NCBI RefSeq assembly: GCF_036321535.1
Contig: NC_087437.1
Coordinates: 57,600,001 to 57,664,000, forward strand
Length of the DNA stretch: 64,000 nucleotides
Reading direction: 5' to 3'
Source: Camelus dromedarius
Lineage: Eukaryota
The notes under the pieces were generated by a model that saw nothing but the letters and a program-made list of their open reading frames with translations, searched no databases and had not been told where the DNA came from. Positions 38,707-51,870 of the stretch are shown piece by piece. How positions within the stretch are numbered: position 1 is the first letter of the stretch; every line of letters begins with the position of its first letter. The position numbers were made by a program, and so were the translations under genes.

Positions 38707-39251
38707 TGTGGCCAGATGGCAGAGAGAGGAGGGACAATAAATGTCTTCCTGCCAGAGTGGTTGAACAAAGTTGGGTTTAAGGACTCTCAGCAAAGAGGAA
38801 AATTATACCCATAGCAGAACAGAGGTGTATTAGTAAGCTGTAAGAAAGGACTTCCAGGATTTGGTCTTGGGTTAAGTGATTTTTAAGGAGACTCAAAGAA
38901 AGCAGATTTACTCCAGATTGGATGCTCTAAGGAAGCAGGTGTAATCCTGTAACTGGATATCTTAATAATGCTTATCTATAAGACAAGAAGAAGAGACCAA
39001 GGCTCTGTGTTGGGTGATGAAGCAGCAGCCACCCATATAAGCCAGGATAGAGAAAGATCTGATCATTCTGTGGTTTGGACAACTTTCCTGTTTTTGTCTA
39101 TGCTGATACGTGATTACAGAGTAGTCCTGTTTTTGTCCTGATCCATCATGGTCACAGTGGCCTTGTCCGATCTGGTCTTTTGATGAACTGTTTATACTCA
39201 ACAGAAGCGCACGAGGCCTGCTGGCAGTGCCGAGCCAGATCCTGGCTGTCA
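38707..39251 (-). mobile_element. ERVL-class solo LTR (MER76-like)
   Basis: The minus strand begins TGACAGCCAGGATCTGGCTCGGCACTG...GACAAGGCCACTGTGACCATGATGGATCAGGACAAAAACAGGAC, which I recall as MER76-like. The left boundary is approximate. Confidence 0.65.
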
Positions 39252-39469
39252 AGCACTGTTTGGCTCTTTTTCAAATGTATGTCCTTTTTTTCTGCCTTTA
39301 CAATTTTGTAGCATGTACTCATCTTACCTATTCAACAAAATAATTTTTAGAAGAATCTCAAGACTGAAGGAGATCTTAAAAGTCACTGACTTCTGAGGTT
39401 ATGCCAACCACCACCATCTCCACTCCTACATCAAAGGGGTTTTCTTGCAAACCCTTTTTTTACAAGTGC

Positions 39470-39720
39470 CAGTACAGCATCTGCTTGAACAGCTCCAGTT
39501 TCATCACTGTACTCGCTTACGAGGCAGCTCATGCCATAGTTAAACAGCTCTTAATGTTTTTTTTTTTGTTCAGAGAAAAAGTGAACAATGCATTTGGTTA
39601 TAATATCTTAATTGTTTTCACCCCAGTATGCTTGACCTATTCAAATGTATCTTCTATGGTAATAGTGGAACAGAATAATTACCTTTCTAATTTTATGTAA
39701 AATATTCCTATTAATACTCT
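39470..39720 (-). mobile_element. CR1/L3 LINE 3' fragment
   Basis: cagcatctgcttgaacagctccagt...gaggcagctcatgcc...acagctctt is the reverse L3 3' motif. Confidence 0.7.
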
Positions 39721-40224
39721 CCAAACTGCAATTGTCTTTTTCTGTGCCAGTGTTCCAACACAGTTTTGCATCTTTTGTTAGCATTACATTTGCAGAGATT
39801 TTTATCTGTTGCTGCTGACAAACCCATTTGGTTTTGTACTCAATTACATGTAATTAGTCTTTTCTTCATGAACAAAAGAACAGGTGTCTTATCAATTCAA
39901 TCCAAGACATTATGGTAAGGTCGGTTGGACCTAATAATTTCTACTGAACCAAACAACACACTTCTGACAGATGCTCATAGTAACAAGATTTTTTTTTCAA
40001 ACAATCAAAAGCTTTTACTCCTGCCCACACAAAGTAGAAAAAGAAAAGGCATTTTAACAACTTAGAGGTTTATAATTTTCTATTAAAAAAAATGAGTAGA
40101 ATTTAAACTCTTCTCTAATATTTTTACTCCAATCCATACTCAGAGAAGATATAAGTACAAATTACTTGTTTTCACTGGAAACTTCTTAATTAAAATATCT
40201 TTGTGACAGGATCAAAAAAAAAAA

Positions 40225-40445
40225 AAATAAAGCAGTTGAAAAACTGGCAAAATCTGAATAAAGTCTATAGCTCAGGTAATAGTATTGTACCAATGTTAAT
40301 TTCCTGGTTTCAAAAATTGTGCTGTTGTTCCATAAAGTGGTACCTATTAGGAGAAGCTGGGTGAAGAGTACACAGAAATTTCCCGGGTTATTTTGTAATT
40401 TTTCTGAAGTCTAAAATTATTTCAAAAGAAAATGTTAAAAAAAAT
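40225..40445 (+). mobile_element. L1MC/MD-type 3' end
   Basis: aaatctgaataaagtctatag...agtattgtaccaatgttaatttcctggttt...ggagaagctgggtgaag...tctaaaattatttcaaaa. Confidence 0.8.
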
Positions 40446-40689
40446 ATGTAGGTGGGGAGAGTATTTAAAGAAAGATATATCAAGATCAAAACAAAATCTC
40501 CTCACTTGTGAAACTTAGATTCTCCTGGGAGGAAGATCAAAAATAAACAAACAGCAACAACCCAACCCGTATGTCAGGCCATCACAGGAGCCATGAATAG
40601 AAAAAAATACTGGGCTATCAGAATAGACAGGGCCAAGGTGAAATGGATGATTTTACATAGGATGGTCAGGGAAGGCCTCTTCAACATCT

Positions 40690-41255
40690 ACAAGAAGTAT
40701 TTTAGCAGCACTATTTGTAATCACCTTAAAATAGAAATGATAATTATCCACCAAAAAGAGAATGGATAAATAAATTTGGGCATATTCATGCAATAGGATA
40801 CTTAACAAAAATGAAAATTAATGATATAAAGCAAATATATCACATACATACACCTCACAACCATAATATTGGGGAAGAAAAAGACATAAAAGTGTATACA
40901 ATAATGCTCCTCTCGTAAAAAGTTAATAAACATGCAAAATAATACTAGGAATGATTTAATGATGACTATATAGATATATGAAAACATAAATTTCTCAAAC
41001 TGCATGGAAATGTTTAAAAAGCCAAATTCAGGGTAATTGTCATGTCTGGTATGGAAGGGAAAAGAGTTCTCCACCAGGAAGAGCATCCAAGGGCTTCACA
41101 CGTACTTATGTTTTTAACTAAGTTTTAAGCTAGGGGTTGGGTATCCAGATGAATGTATCTCAGTCTTATTATTTTTATGTATCTAAACTCCTTTTAATAC
41201 CCATATATCCAAAGTGTGTGTAGTAGTTCATCCTAGTAAAAAAAAAATAAGACAT
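40690..41255 (+). mobile_element. L1ME-type 3' end
   Basis: agcagcactatttgtaat, agaatggataaataaatt, aattcagggtaattgtca. Confidence 0.7.
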
Positions 41256-41484
41256 TTTAAATGTGAATTTTGACAGTTGCTAAAACTATTTGACAAAATG
41301 TATCACCCTCAGTGTCTGTGTGTGTTATGCATAATGCCATCATGCCTATATATATTTTTTTACTACACATATGTATGTGTATAAATGTATGTATGTATAT
41401 GTGGGTGTGGAGCTACACTAGCCATTGACCCAGCATCAGCAGAGAAAGCACTTTCCAATTATTTTTCTAAAAGCAGGGAAGGAA

Positions 41485-41547
41485 ACACTGGAATTTGACA
41501 CAACATTGTAAAATGATTATAAATCAATAAAAAATGTTAAAAAAAAA
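41485..41547 (+). mobile_element. 63-bp L1 3' tail micro-insertion
   Basis: acactggaatttgacacaacattgtaaaatgattataaatcaataaaaaatgttaaaa, between perfect direct repeats TAAAAGCAGGGAAGGAA at 41468-41484 and 41548-41564. Confidence 0.92.
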
Positions 41548-43197
41548 TAAAAGCAGGGAAGGAAGGATTTGTGTAGCTGACCCCACACTTTGACCCTCAC
41601 CCTTCTACCACGGCCCCAGGATAAATGTTATGCAGCTGCAGGATAGCTTTCTGGGTTACAGCTGCATCCTGTGCTGAGCATGGCTATTTGGCTTTACTTG
41701 AAGATTGAATCAATCTTCATCAATTTCCAATTTTTCTAAGTTGGGTGAATGGTGCTGACCAGAGCATATTATCATCTCCAGTCACCTGATTTTATAGAAA
41801 AAGAAACCAGATTGAAGGGTATCTCAAGATAGCACGAGTGACACAGCTAAGCAACATCCTTGATTCTTTCCGTATATACCTGTAGCTTCACTAAATCTAC
41901 ATTCAAGTACAGATGCAATACGTGAAAATTTGACATGGAGAGGAAAGCATCCTCATTCTTCTGTACTCAGTTAGTTAGAAACTTAAATCATTTAAAGAAT
42001 GCATTCCCACAAATGCAAACCAACAGTGCAAACCACAATAAGCTAATCAACTACTTTGCAGAAAACTAGGATAAAATTCTCTATAACAAGGTCTCTTTAC
42101 TGTAATTCATATTTTGTAATGTGTAACATTAAGTGAACAAAGAATAATTTAGAAGGGGTGGACAAGAGCATTCTCATACTCTAGGAATTACAGATCTTTC
42201 CTCAGATCTTCATTTTTATTTCAAAAGATATTTTACCATAAAGTATCAGGCTTCTTATATTATCTTATGCAGTTTGGTAGAATGTCAGTCTGACCACAAA
42301 ATCATATCCATCAGAAGACAACTCAACTGGATATATGTTTAATGAGCATTTACTATGTGATCAGCACTCAACCTCTATCAGTGAATACAGACAAACTTTA
42401 GGGAACAATATGACACAATTTTAGAATAACACAAATTTCCCCCCAGGTATCTGTATATGATTATGCAGAAGCTGAAAGATTCAGAGTGATCATCTTTGAC
42501 TCTGAAACTTGTATTCAAAATTCTTCTGAAATGCAGATGTACTCTGTCAGATCTTGATGATTTTGTTTAGTTATCAAACTTGTCAACTCTAAATTTAAAT
42601 TTGTCAAACATTATTTCCTGAGATATTATCAATAATCTTTTAATATTTACATTTTTTCAAAAAATTATAAGCAAAATTACAGATCTATTGTAATTTATCT
42701 TATTATATATACTGTAAAATATCATATTTTAATATAGTTTTCTTTTTAAATAATTTTGCCCTCAATCAAAATAACACGCAATGTATATATGTATATATTC
42801 AATGTTTATCTTGAGAAGTAATTTTAGTCTTCTAGAAATGACGTTCTAAGAATTATTATAACATGTTTACTGTTTGGTTCCAGGAATAAAATACCATTTT
42901 GTGCAGGAAAGTCTCCCTTGTTCCTACAAATATTTAACATCATCCTGCCTACAACTATGGGTGAAAGGATATTCTGGTCCACTGACCAGTTAAAACTCCT
43001 TCAAGCCTCCTATGTTCTTAGTGAGTACATAACCTCTCTCTCCCTTCTCTTTGCTATAGGTAATCACAGCAAAAAAGAATAAAGGAAAAGATAATAACTT
43101 CCTAGCAGTTAAACAGTTTCAAAGGCAGCCTGGCCACGCTTCAAGTCTAAGATACACTGGGCCATACATTTGATTGTAATTGGTTTGCAAGAAGCTA

Positions 43198-43344
<147 letters not shown>

Positions 43345-45059
43345 TCAAGTTTTAATTTTGTTTATAATAATGCACACTTGCAAATTGTCAAAAAACATTC
43401 TCTAAGTACATTCATAAATGCCAGTGGCTTAAATACTGAAATAACTATTTGGAAAGGGGTCATTTTGGTAACATAGCTTTACTTTTTTCTCTTTCTAGAG
43501 GCTGATTCATAATATTTTGCAACAGTAAACCAAATGTAAATTAAAAAATAGCTAATAATAATCAGGAAAATACAGAAGTGAGCTACAAAATGAATTATTT
43601 TTTCCCTTGTACATCTAGTGTCTGGCTGCAAGATGCCACCAAGTTTGTGGTCCCATTCTAGCATCACTGTTCAGATCAAACTGCCACTGTGATTCCTAAG
43701 CTTTCAGCAATCAGAATCATGTCCTGGAAGACTTCTATTTCTGATGAATGGCCACTGTCTATCAGAAACTCCCGGGTTTTGAAATTCTGATCAAATTCAG
43801 GCTTGGATGAGAACCACAGGAAAAAGCTAAACCCCCATGGCCATGAGATGCCACTGGAAAGTATGCAGAAACAGATTTCACCTTCAGTAAACGCCTCACC
43901 TGAGTGAGCCCCAGTACTACAACAGTCATTTTTCCAGTGCTCCTCCCCACCAAAAATATTCAAGCCATGCCTATTTCTGTAAGTATTTCGAATTAGAAGT
44001 GGTCCTCTTCTTTAAAACCTCCCCACACACTTACATCATCAAACTGACCATTGTATAGCACATTTGGATCTTTGTATAGCAGCTCATATAAATATTTAAT
44101 GCTTTCTTATTGGGGTACTGGCTGCCAGCAACAATCCATTCTCTACAGCATCACCACCATCTTTGTCTCTACTTCAGTGTTGGGCAAAATGAGACTATTC
44201 TAGCACATGTATAGCCCTAATTATATCACAAAAAATAGTAGGAAAAGAAAAACGCTGCTTCTGGTGATAAAAATTGAGGCAAAAATAGGAATCATATGAT
44301 TATTGATGCTTAGGTTTAAATAAGAATTCTATTTAAAAATTCAGTGCATTAAACTGTTTGGGAATGGACGTACTCCCAATGACGTATGTCTGTGGTTAGC
44401 CTTTTGCACATATGACTAGATCACACATAGTTGGGAACATGAGGCAATGCCTACATAAACGTGTCTTCTTTAAAGCAGTCTTAAGAAGAAGAAAAGATGC
44501 CAAGAAAACTGGTAAGGAGGAAGCAGGGTATTGAAAAAAGAACTAAACTGGAAATTAGGCATTCTGATTGATAACTATGTATTATCTCTGCAGCTTAAAT
44601 AAATTCAATGTATTTAATTCATAGGCCTTAATTCCCTCATCAGTAAAACCTGAAAGTTAAAATAAGTGAGCTTTAGGTCCCTTTCATGATTCTCTGTTGA
44701 CTTTGAGCAGCCTTGACTTAAAGACTCTTTGACCTGAGAATCTTCTGCTGTGCTCAGTGGCAGAAATCAAGGAACGGATTCACTGCCAACATGCTGTCTC
44801 CATGGGCTCCTCAATCGGATCTACTAGGGACATGTCGAAGAAGCAGGCAGCTAGCTAACCTCACTGCAAAAACAAACAAACAAACAAAGCTATACCCCTA
44901 CCGTCTATCAAACCTCACCAACCTTTCCAGACCCAGTTCAAATTATCACCTCCTCCAGGAAGACTTGGCTATCATAATTGAGGATCACTTTTATAATCAG
45001 GGGAAATAAAAAGAACATGTGAGACTCTGTCATTAAGGCTAACTGGTTGACAGGCAGGC

Positions 45060-45270
45060 GCTAACGTGGCACATTTACCCAATGTGCAGTCAGGAGACCC
45101 AGCTTTGAACCACAATTGCTGTGGGGTCCTGAGCAAGTCACTTAATAGCTGCGGCTGTTTTCCTATCTGTATAATGGAAAAAAATAATTCCCATGCAAAC
45201 TATAATCACTCAGAATTTCAGGTGAATACATACATGTGACAGTATGAATTTAAAACCCCTCTAAAAATAT
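45060..45270 (+). mobile_element. MIR SINE
   Basis: agtcaggagacccagctttgaacc...tgagcaagtcacttaa...tttcctatctgtataatgg. Confidence 0.75.
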
Positions 45271-46049
45271 AAACCCTCATTAAGGTCCAATTTTTCACCC
45301 CTGAACATTGAGGAAACAGTGTCAGCGAGATAAAGGGAACATTCTTCGCACAAACTGTCTCCAGATTTACGTTTTAGTAAAACATTAATTGAGCTTATAA
45401 AGTCACTAAAGTAACCAACAGAATAAGAGTAGGGGATGGAAAGGAAAAAACTGAGGAAAGGGATAACTCTTATAATTCATATTTTATTTGTAATAAACTT
45501 GACAAAGTCACTTTAAGAAGTCATATTTTGGTTGGTAATGGGATGCAAGGCAGCTGAATCATTAATGCCTGAAAGGGATTATTTTTTTCTTGCTCCTCTT
45601 TCTGTAGCTGTAATTAAACACTTCTTTTGCTGTGGTGAAGCCATCCCCCTGCTGGGACCCTGGGACTTCGGGTTGGTAACTCCTGCCCAAGATAATGAGC
45701 ATCAGGCTCTTACACCAACCCCCACCGCCCAAGAGCAGTGCCAACATGAGCTCAGAGTCTGCGTTTTAATTATATGATGATCTATGAAGACGAAATGTCT
45801 TACACTACAGCTGTTTCAAAGGAGCTGACCAGCTACTAAAAAACAAATACCCTGAACTCAGGATGTGTCACAGAAAGCTGTACAGTCTGCTTGACAGGCC
45901 TGCACCTGTATCAGCATCTATCAAACTCCATCAGCCTTTCCAGGCTCAGCTCAACTCACTGCCACCAGGAAGATGTGGTTATCATATAAGTGAGGATCAC
46001 CTGTATGACCAGGGAAAGAAAAGAAAATGTTTTGTATTGAAAGAAAGGG

Positions 46050-46270
46050 GTTAACTGGGAGTTTGGGATTTGAAGATATTAACTACTATATATAGAACAG
46101 ATAAACAACAAGGTCCTCCTGTATAGCACAGGGAACTATATTCAAAACCTTGTTAAAGTTTATAATAAAAAAGAATATGAAAAAGAATATATATGTATAA
46201 CTGAATCACTATGCTGTACACCAGAAACTAACACAGCATTGTAAGTCCCACTAGACTTCAATTAAAAAAG
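46050..46270 (+). mobile_element. L1 3' tail (artiodactyl-type)
   Basis: ctgggagtttgggatt...aacaaggtcctcctgtatagcacagggaactatattcaa...actgaatcactatgctgtacaccagaaactaacac. Confidence 0.9.
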
Positions 46271-46939
46271 AAAGAGAAAAATTGAGATTAAAAAATGAGG
46301 CTACTTTTGTGGGTATCTAGCATCTTGGGTGCATCCAACAGACAAGCTTTTTATTTTTCAGACCATGCTTAGAGACCTACCAGATTAATAAATCCTGTGC
46401 TGTCCTCAGGGAGCTCCCAGTCTAATGCATGAAACATATGTGTATGCAATACTAGTGTGGGATGGCTATTAAATGACGGGTGGCAGCAGCGTGACGCAAT
46501 GGCACAAGAGCAAGGGACTGATTCTGTCTTCAGGTTAGATGAAGGCACCTTATCTGCCACTGGAGGAGTGAGTAGCATTTTCATAGGCAAAGAAACGGGA
46601 GGAAGGGCATTCCAGACAAGCAATGGATGGAGGAGAAAAATACAGCATGGCGGACTCCGGGAACGATGCAGAATCTGGTTCAGGCATCATATACAGCAGA
46701 GGTTCTCAAGTGCTGACACCCAGGTAAGTATCTTTTCTCAACACACGCACATAGGTCAACAGTGAAATAAGAAAAACGGGGTCAATGTTTGCTATGAAGT
46801 TAATTTTGTTTTCCATTTATATGACTCTCCTTGATTCTAAGATTATGTTTTTCCAATTTTTCTTTTTTTACGAAGTAATGGCTATGTTATTAGATGGTGA
46901 GGGGATGTGGGTTTGGTTTGTTCCCTTTTGTATTCTAAA

Positions 46940-47290
46940 GTGGTGTAGCAAATACTGCTAGATTTTTCTCCAAAATCCATTTCCTCTTTTTCCTGGGCAC
47001 CCAGCTAGACCATATGTCCTAGCCTCGCTTGCAGTTAGGTTTGGCAGATGAATGAGTGTCATATGGAATGTTAAGTGGAAGTGATGTGTGCCATTTTCAG
47101 GCCAAGGCTTTTAAAAGCAAACATTCTCCTCCACCTTCTCTTTTCCTTAATGCTGGCTGGATTTAAATGACAAAAGCCCTAGGAGATGTCAACAAAATAG
47201 GAGAATTCTGGGCCCCAGAATAACTGGTGGCAAAAAGACAACAGCCATTAGAAACATCCACCTTGGGACAGTTAGGTGAATAAGAACTAG
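46940..47290 (+). mobile_element. MaLR LTR (MLT1J-like), 3'-truncated
   Basis: ttcctgggcacccagctagac...cctagcctcgcttgcagttaggt...gtggaagtgatgtgtgccattttcaggcc. Confidence 0.8.
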
Positions 47291-47294
47291 CTTC

Positions 47295-47915
47295 CAGTGA
47301 CTGTGCATAGTGACTTCTTTCCTAAGAGTACAACACGAAAAGAGGGTGGAGGGGTGACCTCCCAGCGCAGGAACCCGACAAACAGATGCTGCTTCAGCCA
47401 GGTGGTCGAGGTTAACGTCAACAGTCATAAATCATGCTGATAGTACGTCCCCTTGATGTGACGTGATGAGAACGGCACTTTACCTCTGTGATCTTCCTCT
47501 CCAAAACCCACAACCCCAGTCTAATTTTGAGAAAGACATCAGACAAATCTCAACTGAAGACTAGTACCCCTCAAAACTGTCCAAGTTATCAATTGAAAAA
47601 AAAAAAGAGTCTGAAAAAACGTCACAGGCAAGAGGAGTTTAAGAAGATACGACAACTAAATGTAATGTGGTATCCTGGATGGGATCCTAGAACCTAAAAG
47701 AATGCTAGGCAAAGGCAAAGGAAATCTGACTAAAGTATGGACTTTAGTTAATCATAATGTATTAATACCAACTCACTAATTGTCACAAATATACCAAATG
47801 AATGTAAGATGTTCATATTAGAAACTGGGTACAGGGTGTATGGGAACTCGTTGTACTATCTTAGCTTTTCTATAAATTTAAAATCATTTTGAAATAAAAG
47901 TTTATTAAAAATAAT
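47295..47915 (+). mobile_element. L1MC-type 3' UTR
   Basis: cactttacctctgtgatcttcctctccaaaacccacaaccccagtcta, aaatgtaatgtggtatcctggatgggatcctagaac and an aataaaagtttattaaaa tail. Confidence 0.85.
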
Positions 47916-48733
47916 AATAAAGGTCACAAAAGCAAGTAGGAAATTTTATCTTCAAAGAGGTTGGTGAGAAAAAAGGTAAAGCACAGGAACTCATGTTTAA
48001 CAATGCTTCCATTCAGGATGACGTGGCAATTTTAACAGAAGGGTTGACTTCAAAGCCAGTCAGAAAAGCTGAGACCTGAAGGAGTTATCTAGACATCCCT
48101 GCTGGCTCAGAGTGCAACGCTATGAAGTGGTTACCTAGGTGCACGCTGGAAACCCGGAACACAGTCGGAGCCAAGGAGCCCTGATCACACTTCTCAAGAT
48201 GAATACTAGATTGCAGAAAAGAGAATGAATTTTAGAATTGGAAAGGAACTTGAAATCCAATACCCTCCTTCATCAAAGTCAAAGGTAAAAAAGAAAAACT
48301 GAGGCTCAGAGAGAAAATGTCTTGTCCAAGGTTACCCAGCCAACACACGAATGAGTTAGGACAAGACTCCTCTCCTATATACTGAATGAATATCGTCCTT
48401 TCCTTTCCAAAGAGCAGCCAAGACATAATCTGTATCTTGTGCAAGCTGCAAGGAGGTAGAAAAGAGATGAGGAGGGGGAGGAGCACCTAGTTGTGCATCC
48501 ATTACTGAAGTGTGGGGGTAACAAAGAAAAGGGGTTATAGGAAACTGTGTTAAGAAACATACATATTTACATTTGATACTGACATATTTTATATATGTGC
48601 ATATATATGGTACTAAAATTGGACTGTGTTTGTCTACGGCCAGCCCAGTCAACACTTACACCTAAATTTAGAGAAAGTGCCCCCATGTAAACCACAATCT
48701 AAAATGAAAAATATGAGTGATCCAAAATTTTTT

Positions 48734-49068
48734 ATTGAAGTACAGCTGATTTACAATGTAGTTTTAATTTCTAAAATGATTCATTATACATATATATTCT
48801 TTTTCACTATAGGTTATTACAAGATATTAAATATAGTTCCCTGTGCTATACAGTAGGACCCTGTTGTATAAAATTATCTATTTTATATATAGTAGTTTGT
48901 ATTGCTAATCCCAAACTCCTAATTTATCCCTACTCGCTTTCCCCCTTTGGTAACCATAAATTTATTTTCTATGTCTGTGAGTCTGTTTCTGTTCTATAAG
49001 TAAGTTCTTTGGTATCATTTTTTTAGATTCCACATACAAGTGATATATGATACTTGCCTTTCTCTGTC
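48734..49068 (-). mobile_element. L1 3' tail (artiodactyl-type)
   Basis: attgaagtacagctgatttacaatg...aatatagttccctgtgctatacagtaggacc. TSD tgatccaaaMtttttt at 48718-48733 and 49069-49084. Confidence 0.9.
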
Positions 49069-49119
49069 TGATCCAAACTTTTTTACGGAAGCCACGTCCA
49101 GAGAATCAATAGTGCTTAT

Positions 49120-49360
49120 TATAGTAAGAATAACCATATTATGAACCCATCTACTTTGCACCAGGCACTCCCCTGATGATTTTACTGCAACTGTATTTAG
49201 TATTCACAACAACTGAATGTGTAAGGTACTTGTTCTCATTTGTCAGGTGAGATTATAAAGATTCAGAGAAGCTACGTCACTTACCCCAGGTTACAGAACT
49301 GGTAAACGAAGAGGCAGATCTAGCTAACAGTGTATGGTCCCAGCCATTCTCCAGTACTGT
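49120..49360 (-). mobile_element. MIR SINE
   Basis: tattcacaacaact...ctcatttgtcaggtgag...attcagagaagctacgtcacttaccccaggttacag. Confidence 0.7.
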
Positions 49361-49384
49361 TCAGTCACTTTAAGGAAGACACCG

Positions 49385-49750
49385 GCAAAATTAGAACATT
49401 CCCAGAGGAAAGGAAGCCAAACAAAGAGGGTACAAAGGACTGTCATACGAAGAATTGCTGAATGAACATTCGATATGCAGCCTGGGGAAGCGAGGACTCG
49501 GGATGTGAGGGCAGAAGTAAGAAGACAGAAGAGACACGAGCAAGAAAAGGCCAATTTGTTCTCAGTGGCTCCACAGGAAGAGAACTCGGGCCAATGGGTG
49601 AATGTTACAGGGAGGCATGTTAAAAAAAAAACAAAACAACTTTCTGTAAAGTGTATTCAAAAAGAGAACAGGCTGCCTAAGGAAAGAGTGAGTTTTTCAT
49701 CACTGGACAGAAGCAAACAGGGAGAAGCGGAAAAACTAGGGTCAGAACAG
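49385..49750 (+). mobile_element. CR1/L3 LINE 3' end
   Basis: Decayed RT-terminal peptides KLEHSQRKG and KGLSYEELLNEHSICSLGKRGL (compare CR1 KLERVQRRA...LSYEERLKELGLFSLEKRRL), plus 3' text ccaatgggtgaatgttacagggaggca. Confidence 0.8.
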
Positions 49751-49991
49751 CTGTGAAGGACACAGACACCTCCGCAAGTGCAGCAACGAAGGGTCCTCTC
49801 CAGCCCTGAGGTCCGAAAAGCTTTGCGAGAAGCCAGACGGCCATTAAATACAAGTTCACTTTTCTGTTTTTGAGTGTGTGCTTGGGTAAGGGAATTGAAA
49901 AGACCGTTTAGCAGGCATCCTGAAAATGGAAAGTTCTTTGTAAATGTTAAACATGTCAATAAAATAAATCAAATTAAATTAAAAAAAAACA

Positions 49992-50119
49992 CCTTGTAAT
50001 AATTTTACTGAAAAAGAATATGAAAACGAATATACGTATACATATGTATGACTGGGACATTATGCTATACACCAGAACCTGACACTTGTAACTGACTATA
50101 GTTCAATTAAAAAAAAATT
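49992..50119 (+). mobile_element. Young L1 3' tail (camelid-like)
   Basis: gaaaaagaatatgaaaacgaatat...atgactgggacattatgctatacaccagaa followed by a poly(A) tail. Confidence 0.88.
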
Positions 50120-50852
50120 AAAAAACATGGATTGTGTAGTAATTTGATGGGGGTTTCTAATCAGGCTCTGTGGGTTTACAAACAGACCCTAGGTGTTAAG
50201 GTTTAGTGCTGCCTGCTTAAAGGAACTGAGGTTGAAGAGGCTGTTCAACTGGGATTCTTGTCAAGTGCTCCGGGGCTGCATTCTGCTGCAGGTTTCAAAA
50301 TCAGATTATCAGGGCGGGAAACTGTTCAGAAACCGATATTCTTCTGACAATCACAGCCACAGGGTACCGACGAGGACACATTTACATACCGTAAATCAAA
50401 GCCCCGGACAAATCAGAAATGCATATAGTCAGACATTTGAAAGAGGATAGAACGCAGCTGGACTTTTGAACACAAAATTACAACTACACTGAGCTGGGGG
50501 AATTCATTAAAAATACTCGTTGTTTAGTAAAAGAGATGCAGGCCTGAGGCCCCTCCTCACTCAGGAGACTGCAGTGGATGTCCAGAAAGGAGCACCTGGC
50601 GGAACAACGCAGAAGTCTGGAGACATGTCGTCATGGCCTAGCAAAACCAAAGTGAATGTGTGGGATGTCATCAGCTGTCACCCACCTGAGGGCCGTGGAA
50701 ACCCCTGGGAAGAACACTCGCCAGAGGACTCTGAATCTGTAAGTGCACACCTTTTTTCTCAATCAGCAGATACTAATAGCACATTTTATTCAAAAAACAA
50801 GCATTTATTGAGCACTAGACTTTGTGATGGTTATTCTAGGTGGAGGGGACAA

Positions 50853-51030
50853 CCAGTGATATGCTTGTAAAACAGCTCTTTAAAAAAATGCCCAAAACCT
50901 GATTTCCATGGGACAGATTTCCACAGAGGTATATCTCCCCACCATGGCTGATTTCAAACTACCGTTTGACCTCCCTGGATGCAACACTGGAGCGAAGGAG
51001 ATGAACATCCCGGACTCCAGCACAGCGCAG
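50853..51030. mobile_element. MER63A-like hAT-Blackjack element inside an L2 (about 50780-51330)
   Basis: ccagtgatatgcttgtaaa start, ctccccaccatggctgatttcaaactacc core and ctccagcacagc end. Confidence 0.75.
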
Positions 51031-51361
51031 AGTAAATTAAAACAGAGAACAAGCCATGAAGTTCACATTCCAGCAGGAAAGACGAAAAGCAAAACAACAA
51101 TTCCTGCATAACAGAGTTTTCATCTAAGTGCCATGATGTAAATGAAAGCAATGAAAAAGGATGGAGCTTCGGGGAACGGATGTGCTGTTGTAGATAGCAT
51201 GGTTAGAAGTGGATTTCACAGAGACTAAGGTGAAGAGCGATGGGGAAAAATCTAAACAAAGAGCTTTCAGCACATGGGTGGGGCAAACGCAAAGTAATCC
51301 TAATGCTTGCAAAGATTAGGAAGCAGCCGATGAGGCTCTCTTGGAAGATCTTCCTCTAGAC

Positions 51362-51561
51362 CAGAAGCTGGCAACTACAGCCCCGCCAATGCCAGTTCTG
51401 CAAATAAAGTTTTATTGGAACACAGCCATGCCCATTCATTCATACATTTGCCCCGGCTACTTTCGTGCTACAACAGAGATGAGGAGTTGTCACGGAGACC
51501 CCACAGCCGGCCTAAAATGCTGACTAACAGGTCCTTCCCAGAACGCATTGGCCAGCCCTTG
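51362..51561. mobile_element. MER58A hAT-Charlie MITE
   Basis: Core aaataaagttttattggaacacagccatgcccattcatt. Perfect 8-bp TSD CTCTAGAC at 51354-51361 and 51562-51569. Confidence 0.92.
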
Positions 51562-51569
51562 CTCTAGAC

Positions 51570-51870
51570 CCTTGCTGATGCAGTTCCTTCTGCCTGAAAT
51601 GCACAACCACTGCCTTCCTCTCTGCCCAGAACTCAGTCCTCCAGGCTCAGCTGTCTTCCCCCGGGGCCTCCCCTGACACCCCGAGGTAAAATTAATCACT
51701 CCCTCTGCACAGCTCCCTCGGGCAGGGCGAGGAGAGGACTCCCTGCACTGTTACAGCTGTTTGTTTATGCTCCTGTCTCTGCTGCTGGACTAGGTACAGC
51801 TGATCAAGGACAAGGACCCTGAATTATTCACGACTGTGTCCCAGCACCTAGCACAGGGCCAGGCACAGGG
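51570..51870 (+). mobile_element. L2 fragment
   Basis: tgcagttccttctgcctgaaatg, ctgtgtcccagcacctagcacagggccaggcacag. Confidence 0.75.

Noticed and set aside
39320..39345. Minus-strand AG|GTAAG as a recursive splice site
   Set aside because: The polypyrimidine tract is poor and it lies at the end of an L1 remnant. It cannot be supported without saw-tooth RNA-seq.
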